Source: Bugula neritina (taxonomy: Eukaryota; Animalia; Bryozoa). Taken from it: a stretch of DNA of 64,000 nucleotides. A program made the position numbers and the translations under genes. Each line of letters opens with the position of its first letter. Within the stretch, counting starts at the first letter, position 1. The stretch covers positions 5,985,190 to 6,049,189 of the forward strand of contig OZ037771.1 of the NCBI GenBank assembly GCA_964035545.1, written 5' to 3'. Below, piece after piece: positions 50,701 to 62,600 of this stretch. The notes under the pieces are model-generated. The model made no database searches. It was given only the letters and a program-made list of their open reading frames with translations, and was not told the DNA's origin.

Positions 50701-53700
50701 AGAGAGCTCAGCTCCATCTTCAGTTGATTCAGCTGAGAACTTGATGACTTGTTCGACTCAATCATCACATTCAGGCAGTCGTCCACTCTTTTCTTCAGCT
50801 GAGCTTGAGGGAACTCTCCAAGATTCTCCACCACCACGTCTTCAATTTTACTCCGCCTACATTATGATAGAAATAAAAATTAGTTATTCCGCTTCAACCT
50901 TCGCGAGTTACGAGACGTTGAGTGGAACAACTCGCACTGTAAAAGTTAATAATATATAACTTCGTGACATATCACATACACTGTACTTGAGGAAATGGTA
51001 AATATCATATAAAATGTTAAGTCAAAATACTTACAGTTGTGTTACCTGACTTTGCTTGTCTTGTTTAGACTCGGTGAGCATGTCGAGACTCGTCCTCTCC
51101 TTAGTCTGAGAGTTGGCTACAGAAAGCTCTTCTCTACAACCAGACTACAGCATTGATCATATCATATCGTTAATATCAGTGTATATCACTGATATCACAG
51201 TATGACCATATCATATCACTGATATCATAATGAAACTGTAACTTCTCAACCAATGATATGAGAGTCCAGCCCAAAGTAATCACTGCTTACGTACTTGAGT
51301 TGGCGCAGCTTCAAGTCAAGCTCCGCCTTCTGCTGCTGGAGTTTGTGGACCTCCGAGTTGGCAGCGCTGAGGTCCAGTGACAGCTGAGTTTCGGCCAGAT
51401 CTTTCTCCTGGAAAGAGGCCATGTGAGGTTGAACTGAATGCATAGAAATAGTAGAGAGGGGCCATGTGAGTTTGAACTGAATATATAGAGACAGTAGAGA
51501 GGGGCCATGTGAAGTTAAAGTAGGAAAAGATGTGGAGAAACACTGAAGCAAACAGTTGTGAGATAGAATAACACAATACTGCACACCCATATATCTATAC
51601 AATACCTATATTAATATAGTGGCTATCCTCTAGAATTTAGACAAACTGAAGTGTATCACATATTGCTACTCACAGCTCTGCTCAGTTCCAGGAGGATAGT
51701 ATCCAATCTACCAGAACTGGCCTCAACGTCCGAGAGCTTGAAGTTGAGAGATCTAACTTGGGCCTTGTTACTGGAGATCTGCTCTCTCTTCAGTTTACAC
51801 GATGTCTCCAACTCACTCTTCTTCTGGCGGCAGCTGTCCAAACTCTTCTGTATTTCCTGGTCTTGTAAGTCAAACGATGCCTGCAGACAGACACATGGCA
51901 TACGTGAAGAAACTCAGAGCCTCAACTAATGTCGAACTTATTGTTTTGAATCTATTTTCAGTAACTTGATGCCTTTGTATTTTATAATAACACTACTACT
52001 ACTACTACCACTACTAATACTAACTACTACTACCACCACCATCGCTACTACCACTACTATTATCGCTATTACCACTACTATTATCGCTATTACCACTACT
52101 ATTATCGCTATTACCACTACTGCTACTACTGCTACCGCTACTACTGCTACCGCTACTACTGCTACAGCTACTACTGCTACCGCTACTACTACTACTGCTA
52201 CCACTCCTACTACTGCTGCTGCTACTACTGCTACTACTACCACTACCGCTACAACTACTACCGTTACTACTACTACCACTCCTACTACTGCTGCTGCTAA
52301 TACTCCTGCTGGTACTAATGCTACCTCTGCTGCTATACTTGCATGTCTTTCAAATATTTCCAATAACTATTATTATTTTAACAATGCCAATACCATTACT
52401 GTACCTTTTCTCTTTTTATTGTGTCCATCAAGTCATCTTCTTTCTCTTTGATAGAATTGTTGAATTTCTCGATGTGACTTTGAGAAAGATCAGAGGTAAT
52501 ATTTTTATACCCTGAGAGCTCGTAATCTCTCACCATGGTTCTAATTGTGTCATCTCGTTTGGAGATGTTAGCCAGATGTCTTTCCTGCTGCTGCTTACAC
52601 TTGCCATGAGTTTCAAGCAGCTGTTTCTCTGCATCGAGCAGCTTCTGAATGCTGCGCTCGTCGTGCGCCACCCTAGCTTGCACCTCTTGCAGCTGCTGAG
52701 TCTTTTCTGACATCTCAGATTCAAACTGTTTCAGAGCTTGCTCCAGCCCATCTTTGGAACCTACAGAGCCACCACATGTTATACTGCATAGAGGTAACAA
52801 CTATAGGAGGCAAGCACCACCAGCAATCGCACTACTACCTTGCCACAAACCGTGTACTCAAAATGCTACCAAAACATAGCAACAATATGTTTATTATCTT
52901 AAATCTATCACACAAGATCCAAAGTAATTATTTTCGGAAAAGCTAATGAACTTCACGTGTTTCATGCAGGGCCGTCAACAGAGAGCGCATATGTCTATAC
53001 TTCTACAATATATTTCCTGGTAAAACTCAATTTACAAGCACATGTTACAGGTAAAATATGCACACCACAAAATTCATAACAAGACTGCCATTATCGTTGT
53101 AGAAAACGGAGTTAGCATAGATAGCTTATGCTGCCACAAACCATATATTGATCAGCTGATACTTGATCAATACAGTATAATAGTAGACTAACTAAGATAA
53201 AACCCATACCGTTGAAGACACTTCCTTTAAGGCTGCTTTTAATTTCTTCTGCATCTTTAATTAACAGTCCGTGAGTATTTTTCTTTTTAACTGTTGACCA
53301 ACGAAATGAGTAGTGAGCAAAACATATGAGAAAATTCAAACTTCACACATGACTTTTTATAATCTTGTGAAGATTTTGATTTGACACTCTCGAATATGAA
53401 AAAGATCTAAACTGAAAAAAAGTTTAGCTCGTTATTGAACATGTACATGAAGTTTAAAACAAATTTCTAGATACTCTACCTAGCTTTATACTGTGTATTG
53501 ATACAGACTATATACTCTACCTAGCTCTATACTGTGTATTGATACATACTATATACTCTACCTAGCTCTATACTGTGTATTGATACAGACTATATACTCT
53601 ACCTAGCTCTATACTGTGTATTGATACAGACTATATACTCTACCTAGCTCTATACTATGTATTGATACAGACTAGATACTCTACCTAGCTCTATACTGTG

Positions 53701-56700
53701 TATTGATACAGACTATATACTCTACCTAGCTCTATACTGTGTATTGATAGAGACTATATACTCTACCTAGCTCTATAGTGACTTGGTTAATGGCTTCCAA
53801 CTCGTGCATTATCTTATCAATTTTTTCCTCTATGGGTTTCAGTTCTTCCACCACCTGGTCGTAGGTCGCCTGGGCCAGTTTCAACTCCTTCTCTGCGTTT
53901 TCTTTCTTACTCTGAATCTGGATTTAGATACATAATATATTATACTGATATAGTGAGAGTGCATAATACACACTGATACAGCAAAGGTGTAAAATATTGA
54001 ATAACGAATAGAAAATATGTATATATATTACATATTATATATGCTGGTTATTTTTTTCTTTCAATTGTCTAAAGGAAAAAATCACAAAAAATATATGAAA
54101 ACTTCCCATAAAAGAAGTTTTACTGAATGAAAACTGTTATTATATAAGTAACAAAATAAAAATACCTTGCATTGAAATAATTCCAGTAACTACAGAAAAG
54201 TACCTGGAACACACAACCATGATGTGCAAGAAAAATTCTTCTAGCTTTTTAATTATCAAGTCTTTATCAACTATACAAAACTGTATTTTGAATTTTTTTC
54301 ACAAAATAATAATATTGAACTGGTATAGACAGTTTCAGTTAGTGGGTTGTGGCCCTCACCTCAGCAGCCCTCTCTTTGTTAGAACTCGCATGCTTTAGCT
54401 CAGCCTGCTGCACCTTCAAGTCTTGAGTCTACAAAAGACGGGCGGATACATTACACCACCCACTTGCACTCATTCTAGGGTATTATGCTACGCCATACCA
54501 ATACAGCATCAAGTCTATATAATACAATCTTCTTGTATAACTACTACAGAAACACGAGAGTATTACTACGAAATAAGGTACAGAAAAGAATCGCCTTTCA
54601 TAAACTCTGAGCACATCTGCAACAGTTGCAACAACATGTGGTGAATCACTGACGTCAGCCATTACAGTGTACAAACGTTACAGCTCACCTTCCCCTTCCG
54701 TATCTTGGATATATTATCCAGGGCTTTAACATATCTTGTCGATGCAAAGATATCATCAAATTTCTTCTTTAAAGCCTGTCCTTCACTCAGCGGCCTATTC
54801 AGCACAAGCAATAGCATATACTAAGCCACAACATCAGTAAACACAGTCTATCCTTGGCTAGTCGTAACCATCTCAAATAATTTAGTTTAACGTAAATACA
54901 AATTATTGATAAAAATGCATTCAAACTGTATATAAGCTATATAAATGTCATAGCAGAAGATGACCATACCCTAATAGTAAAAAATGAGAATAAAATTTCA
55001 AGAGCAGAAGGATTTACAACACAAGGCAGTAACCTATAAAGATATGCAAATAAAAGAAACTTTATTGCAGAGGTTATTAGTATAAAGTGAAAAAGGCCTC
55101 TTGTCATTTCCATTGCAAGTAAGCTGTGCTAAATCTGCAGTAAACTTCCACACTTGCAAACAGTTTACATGACTTTTCCAATTATAAAAGATAAACTAAA
55201 TTGAAAGTCATGAACATTTCACTGCCACTGCTCTATTCATTGCTTTATAGGAAACAGTGTACCTGTGTGCAGTATGAATTGATCTAAGAAACAAGACTTG
55301 ACTAGGTGAACAGTAAGCACCACCTCCAAATCATTGAGACATACAAAGCATCACCTTAACACTAAATTTCACCAGATAATAGACTGTATAACTTTTTCAT
55401 ATTAGGACAGCACAAGCTAATCGAGACTCAATTTGGAAATAGCACTAACCAATTAGATTCTTCCTGGTGGCAAAATATAACATTCTGTAGAATCGGAGCT
55501 GAGACACCCAAAGCAAACTTCATCTGTAATAATAAGACAACTCTAAGTAATTTAAAGAATGTTGCATCCTCCAACATCCCCTTACTTTTATACAGAGAGT
55601 GATTTCCATTTAGTAATGTGAAATTAAAAGTTACATGTTCTTATGTTATATATGTAACAGACGGAATAATTTGAAACCTGTATCCTTTCATGCAATAACC
55701 TCAAAACTAACATACATTTTAAATAGAGAAAATAATTTTTTACAGCTAAATAAGTTGAGCTTTTTTATGTCTTACAAGAACTGAACACATACAGTATATA
55801 AATATCTACAGGTATATCAACACTTACAGTATATGAATATCTACAGGTATATCAACACATACAGTATATGAATATCTACATGTATATCAACACATACAGT
55901 ATATGAATATCTACATGTATATCAACACATACAGTATATGAATATCTACAGGTATATCAACACACACAGTATATGAATATCTACATGTATATCAACACAT
56001 ACAGTATATGAATATCTACAGGTAAATCAACACATACAGTATATGAATATCTACAGGTAAATCAACACATACAGTATATGAATATCTACAGGTATATCAA
56101 CACATACAGTATATGAATATCTACAGGTATATCAACACACACAGTATATGAATATCTACAGGTATATCAACACATACAGTATATAGATATGATATATCAG
56201 AACCACTGATACTAACCTCAGAGTTTATACCAGCACACCGAGAGTTCACCGCAACTTCACCTCCGTGTTTCGTTTTTCTTTTTAAGGCAGCGTCAACCGT
56301 TTTTACTGTTACAGACTTGCCCTGTGGACAGAGAAAGTGGCATCGTAAGTATACAGTTACACTATAAGCCAGTACTTGGGACAGGGTTTTATTTAGTCTT
56401 CACATTTGCACTGCTTTAAAATGTTCCATTTCCATCCAAGTGGCTTTAAATGTTACGAAAAATGGTAAACATTGTTTGAAAAAATAATAGATTAACATGA
56501 CCACAAGCACAAACCACACCTGTCAGATTAGGAAGCACAAGCACTAACTACACTTGTCAAATTATGAAGCACAAGCACAAGCACTAACTACGCCTGTCAG
56601 ATTATACAGGTGCTTACCTTCCTGCTAGCTTGTTGACTTCGGCTAACCAGACACTGCTCTGATGTCACACACCGAAACTGCAGCTTTACTTGAGCTTTAA

Positions 56701-57709
56701 TAGTGCTTTCATCACTCAACTGAAACAAACAGCAAATGTTTCACCACTAGATCTAATCTTGACTGGGAACTAATCAGACTGGGAAAGGCAACTCTTAAGA
56801 GCAAATAGCTGTGTAATAAAACTGATAGAGAAAAATAAACTGAAGTAATTCTAGGATTTGGGGAATCAAACCTTAGGGTCATAAAGGAAGGCTCCTCCCT
56901 TGGTGTTGGGTGGCTGATCTCCGGTTGTGGCGTAACGAAGACACTCAATAACCGTCTGAAAATATTAGATTGCGAGAATATCCAAATAAAAATCGAAGAG
57001 AACACTTGTAAATATTCCATTCATAACCATTGACAAATTATTGCTCATAACAATGTTCTCAATGGCCACAAATAATGCATCATCATAACAAGTATAAATG
57101 TAGGATATTTGAAATTTCAATATCCATTTTAAAACCTTACTCATCAACACAACCCAAACTGCTTGAAAATAACTACAGCTAAGGAGCTACTATTGAAAAC
57201 CTACTATTTGCTGCAGATAGTCATAGCATTTCAGAAAAAAAAATAAAAGAGCTTGAATTATAATTAAATTATTCTTTGCTACTTTTGCAATTAAATTTTA
57301 AAAATCCTTTGCAATCAAAAATAAAAATTTTAAGGAATGTTACTGTGCAAATAAAATCCTGAGTAATTAAGGGCATCATATTAACTTATAACTTACTCAA
57401 GTTAAATGATAATAATTCATTGAGGTTTGCGCAAGAAAGTAAAAACAAATTTCAAATACATATACGACATGTTTTGTAATTTAACAAAGATTCAAGAGCA
57501 AGTGAGTTCTCATTTTAACTTGTATATACATGCAAAATTTGACCGAAAGTTGTTCATTTGTAGTGATGTTCTGTAATATATGTTACCGTTTTTCCTGTTC
57601 CATTGGGTCCATGAATTAAAGTCACAGGATTTATGAATTGCAGTTTTTGGGGCTCTCTTGGACCAAAGCTACGTATTCCCAAAATTTCCAAGATTTCTAA
57701 AGTTGCCAT
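38713..57709 (-). CDS. RAD50: DNA repair protein RAD50 (complete)
   Basis: First coding exon 57709-57587 [16 protein letters not shown]...GPNGTGKT (Walker A); [12 protein letters not shown] (56955-56872); [15 protein letters not shown] (55523-55450, 54794-54689); coiled-coil exons; zinc hook KCPLCKRPF (~49620-49645); signature [10 protein letters not shown] (41536-41382); Walker [12 protein letters not shown] (40066-39933); QLIIITHD (39676-39548); last exon 38758-38713 ending TAA. Confidence 0.96.
39345..39502. repeat. 37-bp minisatellite near a RAD50 donor
   Basis: Unit GCATATAATATAAAGATATACTATGCTATATGATGTT, about 4 copies. Confidence 0.85.
40076..41090. repeat. 21-bp minisatellite with a 285-bp higher-order period, abutting a RAD50 acceptor
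   Basis: Unit TACAGTGTATACAGTACATTA; the variant ACAATAC recurs at 40351, 40636 and 40921. Confidence 0.95.
42420..43065. repeat. 22-bp minisatellite making up nearly all of RAD50 intron 42395-43076
   Basis: Unit CTCTGTGATATACTATATTATA. Confidence 0.95.
43531..43782. repeat. 19-bp minisatellite (~13 copies) near a RAD50 donor
   Basis: Unit AACACTTAGCACATGTACC. Confidence 0.95.
44525..45105. repeat. 20-bp minisatellite near a RAD50 acceptor
   Basis: Unit CTGTAACCTAACTAACTATA. Confidence 0.95.
45530..45951. mobile_element. Long foldback/MITE element, ~205-bp arms
   Basis: GGGTCATTTTACTTAATATAGTACACACTGGAAATCTCCAGTTTTTA at the left is perfectly inverted at the right end; centre CGTTATGG-AAAAAA-CCATAACG. 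Confidence 0.88.
46706..47410 (-). repeat. ~36-bp minisatellite (~19 copies) built from a RAD50 acceptor junction
   Basis: Minus-strand unit ...ATATTATACTGTAAACGTAG|AGGTG...; the real junction is AAACGTAG|AGGTGACG at ~46710. Confidence 0.92.
47729..48435 (-). repeat. 33-bp minisatellite built from a RAD50 acceptor junction
   Basis: Minus-strand unit TTATGTTATATATCTGGTTGTGTAG|CTGGAAGG; the real junction is GTTGTGTAG|CTGGAAGGAGAC at ~47737. Confidence 0.92.
51990..52340. repeat. Degenerate (CTA/TAC)n trinucleotide microsatellite in a RAD50 intron
   Basis: Directly visible. Confidence 0.9.
53471..53777 (-). repeat. 41-bp minisatellite (8 donor copies) built from a RAD50 donor junction
   Basis: CTCTACCTAG at 53474, 53515, 53556, 53597, 53638, 53679, 53720 and 53761; on the minus strand this is TATAGAGCTAG|GTAGAG, with the real donor at 53767/53766. 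Confidence 0.93.
55785..56185. repeat. 35-bp minisatellite (~11 copies) near a RAD50 donor
   Basis: Unit CAGTATATGAATATCTACAGGTATATCAACACATA; ends about 30 nt from the donor at 56216. Confidence 0.93.
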
Positions 57710-59062
57710 GTCCTATGCAGATATATAATGTGTAATCATAATGAGTGATTGTGAAACATTTGACCAAAAGATGTGTTATTGTCATAAATAGGTTTTTAAA
57801 AAAGGTTTCGAAAAGCAAAATACTTACTACAAATGCAGTTTACTCTTATAGCTACTGAATGCATGGTGAGTGAGTCTTGGACTTGAAGTTGCTAACTCAG
57901 TTAGTGTTACAGTTACTGTTAGTAGTAATAATATCTTAGTATGACTAGTATGAGTAAAATTATAAGTTCAAATATAAGACAGTATCTTTAAGTACTAGTA
58001 CTACTACTACTACTACTACTACTAGTAGTACTAGCTGTTTAGGCTTTACTTCTATATAAGCATAAATATAACTATAACTTATAGTTATGCTTATACTATA
58101 AGTATAACTATAACTTATAGTTATACTTATAGTATCAGTATTGGCTACTATTTATTACTAATCAGTAATTGTTATAGTAATACAGCATTAGTAGCACTAG
58201 TACCACGTCTACTGTACTAATAGTGGTAGTAGTAATACTAATACTACTACTAGTACTACTACTACTAGTAGTAGTACTAGTAGCAGTAGTACGAGTACCA
58301 ATAACCAATATAAATATCAATAGTAATAGTACTACTACTAGTACTAGAGTAAAACTAAAAGTAAATAAATAATTAATAATTATTAGTACCAGTAGTAGTA
58401 GTAGACGTAGTACTATAGTAGTACTACAACTATCTAATTCTTATAGTTATTCTATCTACTTTTAGTTCTACTACAGTACTACAGTTCTACTACTAGTACT
58501 CATACTCATACTGAGTATGAGTATGAGTACTAGTATTACTATTAGCCTTAGGTCTAGTAGTAGTAGTAGCACTAGCCCTGAAGTCAGTAAACCTAAAACT
58601 AAGTAAAAGTAAAAGAAAGTCAAGTAAAAGTTTTACAATCACTCTTCCTGTAAAACTAAAACTTAATCAGTAAATGTAAAAGTCAAAACTAAAACCACAG
58701 CAAATTGAAATAAAACTAAAAGTAAAAGTTAAACTTAAAACACTTTGAGTTTGACTTGCCCTTGGGAGTTAAAGTGGGGTGTGTTTTTAACACCTAAAAT
58801 AAAAGAAACTTTTGTTGTTAGCCCCAAAGCAATTATTCTTTAATTTTATTGAGAATGTCAGTGTGAGTATGACTGACCCTTGGTGATTAATCATTATCAT
58901 TATGAAATTGAATATCAAATACAATATCAATATGTTCAAACTCAATGCTTCAATACTTGTTTAAATTAGCTGAAGTTTTAAATAACTAAATAAACGTTGT
59001 CGGGTGGGGGGGGGGAGCGGAGGCAACCATTTTACTTCAATTCAAAGAGTTTCAAATAAAGG

Positions 59063-59075
59063 TTTTGCGCGCCAA
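59063..59075. promoter_or_regulatory. E2F-like site (TTTTGCGCGCCAA) upstream of RAD50
   Basis: Resembles the TTTSSCGC E2F consensus, in a CpG-containing patch about 1.3 kb upstream of the RAD50 ATG exon, which itself starts at an acceptor. E2F control is common for replication and repair genes. Confidence 0.4.
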
Positions 59076-59157
59076 CGCGATGAGAAACCTGGAGTTGCTT
59101 CCTATGGAAAAAAATATGTTCATGAATTTTTTTGTCATCATCTGGCAGTTTTATTCG

Positions 59158-59245
59158 TGTGTTTGTGTGCGTGTGTGTGTGTGTGCGTGCGTGCGTGCGT
59201 GTGTGTGTGTGTGTGCGCGCGCGCGTGCATCTATTTGCGTGTGTA
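59158..59245. repeat. (TG)n/(TGCG)n/(CG)n alternating purine-pyrimidine tract
   Basis: Directly visible; a similar tract lies at 33290-33445. Confidence 0.9.
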
Positions 59246-59657
59246 ATGTGTATGTGTATGTATTATGCGCATGTGTAATATTGTGTAATATTATATAATT
59301 ACATTAATTGTTGGATAGCTAGGCATAAAGATCCCAGCATGTTATTAATTATTATGTTCCTGTGCAGCGGTTATGGGCAACAAAAATGATTTTTGCTACA
59401 AATCATATAGTAAATTTCAGTTGCAAGCAATCGATTTCTAATACAACAGCATAATATTATATGATCTATGTCCATATAATTATTTTATGGCCATTCGTGG
59501 TCACCTGTGTTGACAACTCTTAATTTGGGGTTCGAGAAGATAGTTTTGTTAACTCGGAGTTGTCCAATATTGCTTCAAGTGGATTTTGTCGTGTCAACGA
59601 TAAACAGCCGCATTAAACGTCGAATATTACCCGAATTTCTGCCTACTTGCCAACAAG

Positions 59658-59672
59658 CAGCGCCATCTAGGG
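59658..59672. promoter_or_regulatory. CTCF-like motif (CAGCGCCATCTAGGG) in a CpG-rich promoter-like patch
   Basis: Close match to the GCGCCATCTAGTGG CTCF-type core; lies between the two stutter zones. Confidence 0.35.
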
Positions 59673-62600
59673 ATAACCAAAGGAAACAATTTTAATATGG
59701 TAATTTTATTTCAACAGTTGTCAAAAGGTGAATCATCTGGTTTTTGTTATGATTCATTACAATTGTTTTTTACTAGTTTTTATCAAAATATATATTATTG
59801 CTAGCAAAGCCTTTGATCGTGATAGTTATACGTACGATACATAGCTACAACCTAAAAGTAAAAGTTTTAGTTGACAACTTAAAAGTTAAAACTAAAAGTT
59901 CAAGTTGATGGTTAATCTCAATCTGATAGTGATACTCGTAACTCTCACAGTCAGTGTCACTCAGAGTTAGACCTATAACTACTACTACTACTAGTACTAC
60001 AAGTGAACAACCACTACAAGTACCAGTAGCAATAACTATAAGTATAGCTATAAGATATAGTATAGCTGGTTTAACTTTATTAACCTCGGGCTCGTGTTGG
60101 CTATTGCTATTACTATAACTATAAGTATTACTCTATTAGTATTACTATTACTATTAGTATTAGTATTAAAGTATTTTTATTTTATAATTTGAATTACATT
60201 TACTTTTAGTTTTAGTGATTTAGCCATTTACAATTACCATGGCCATAGGTATAATACTAACTATTACTTCAGTAACTATGTAATTTTTACTTATACTTAT
60301 ACTTATAGTATTGATTAAAATTTAATAAATTTGTAGTTGTAGTTACACTCATACTGGTGGTGATACTGTTAAACTTAAAGGTAATCTTATAGTTATACTT
60401 ATACTTATAGTCATTGTTATTATTTATAGTTATTCATATGGGTAGTGATATTGAATTATCATTATGAATATGATATTCATATTGATATTCATCTTGATGT
60501 TGTAAAAACTATTAGTATTACTGTGAGTAGTAGTACAAGTGAGTGAATATCAATAATTCAAAGTCGAAACTCTCAATGTCAAAGTGAAATGATCAACTTT
60601 ACAGTTGGTCTCATGGTTCATTATGACTAATAGTAATACCATCACTATCTTTTGTCAGGATTAAATTGAATTGTATTAAGGCCAGCAAAAGCTCTAGAAC
60701 TCAAAAAAAGTCGGAGTAAATGTGAAACTTTATTTTTATTTTATTCATGACTTCTATCTTGTACCAATTGACAAACGGCCGAAAAGACATTTTCCTCGGA
60801 TTCCGAAAGTTGTTCATCGATTTTTAGACAAATACTTTTTGTAGTTGAAACAGTCTTTATGTGAAGAGGATGGTCATTTTTCTGAAATTGTTATAGCTTT
60901 AATGTGCTTCTAAAACTAGAACATGAATCACAGTAATTCAGCTACTGACCAACTCTCCGACAGAGAGTAAGGTTGAGGTAGAAGTGGAATGAAATTAATT
61001 CTTCAGACTGAAGTAATACTAATAATAAACTCATTCAAGTTGATGTAAGTATTAGTAATACTAATAATAAGTATTATTATTACACTTGCAGCAATACTGT
61101 TGATAGAATTGTCGTCAATGACAGTCCTGGTTATCTTAAAACTCACAGGTAATGTTATGGTAATAGCATCAGTGTGTCTATTATTTAGTTTATTTTTTAG
61201 TTTTATTTATAGTAATTAGATATTTTCCAAGCAAGACCTTATACAAAAACAGTTACTGTTCCGATTATATATTAATGCTAGTACAACTAGACAATGATCC
61301 TACACATGATAATCAAAATCATTTTAGTATTGATGTTGCTCTATAATCTATATTAATACCTATGGTATTAGCTGTTTTTAAATTATGATCATCATATTTT
61401 GAGTATTCCAACATTAAATAAATAAAAATTAAAACTTTATGTTGATTTTCTGCGAAGATAAAATTTGATTCCTACTCCTGGTTTATGGCTTCAGATTTGA
61501 AAGCCGATGGTATAATGTAACTTCTATTTAAGCTACGTTACTTTTGTCTCTAAAACTAAAAATCAGAGCTTAAACTCCTTTGAATCAAGTGTACTTGCCA
61601 TAACTTCCTCAACTTATTGACCTGACCCAAAACTTTTGATTGACTTGTTTTCACTAGTCTTTGAAGTTTCTTCAATTGAGTAGTCTAAAAACAAAATTGC
61701 CAATTTCAGTTTTTAGTATTTATAGCAAACTTTCAAATAAGTTTCTTGCGTTAGAGCGATTTGATAATGTTTTAACAGAACTTCCAGCAACTACAATTTT
61801 AACGCTGTTGGAGAGATTCAATGGCAACTGCAATTCAATTGGTTTGATAATTATGATTACTGTAGTAGATATTGCTATTTGTATGTTCATTACATCAGCT
61901 AAATAGCCAGATCTAAATTTACAAAACCCATTATGCTTTTTTAGCTACTCAACTTTCATTAATTGTAAGTAATATTGTCCTTTTAAATTGTATTATTGAC
62001 TAGATAGAGCACCGTAATTTATTTGCGCGTGTAAGTAGGTGATAAAAACTCTTAAAAACTACCCTCCTCTCCTAACTAGTGATAAAATAAATGAAGCGTT
62101 CTTTTGATAGCTTCTTGCAACATCTTGTAAATACTTTAAATGAGCATTTATTTTAAATAATCCAACAGAGTTTTGATTTTTTCTCTTATTTTTGTTCATT
62201 CCTACTTATTATAGCCAGTATTTACACTGAATTTTGCAACGTGTTGTCATGTTTGTGATATGTAATAAATCAATCAATCAATCAAAGTTGCACTCTCTGG
62301 GCTGTAGTCATATAGAATTGGAATATAAAACAAAATACGTGATGAAATAATGTAATATGGTAGAAAGCTTTTACCTAGTTATTTAGAGTTAGTGTTTATT
62401 ACATGTATGCAGGGGTATTTTCTCTTACTTCTGTTTTACCTTTGTGCGGAGGTTTAAACTGCATATTATAAAAGTTTTTCTTTAAATGTCGTTTGACACC
62501 CCTTGGAGTATCAACCAAAATTCAGTTGAAATATTTAGGCTTACAAAAGTTTTCAGCTACCCACATAAATGCTAATTAAAGCTATCAAAGTTTTTTGATG

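Noticed and set aside
51938-52451. Thr-rich mucin-like and Val-rich ORFs
   Set aside because: Trinucleotide microsatellite in a RAD50 intron; no independent gene structure.
43531-56185. Regular 19-41 bp arrays as possible CRISPR arrays
   Set aside because: Units are head-to-tail without unique spacers, the context is eukaryotic introns, and there are no cas genes.
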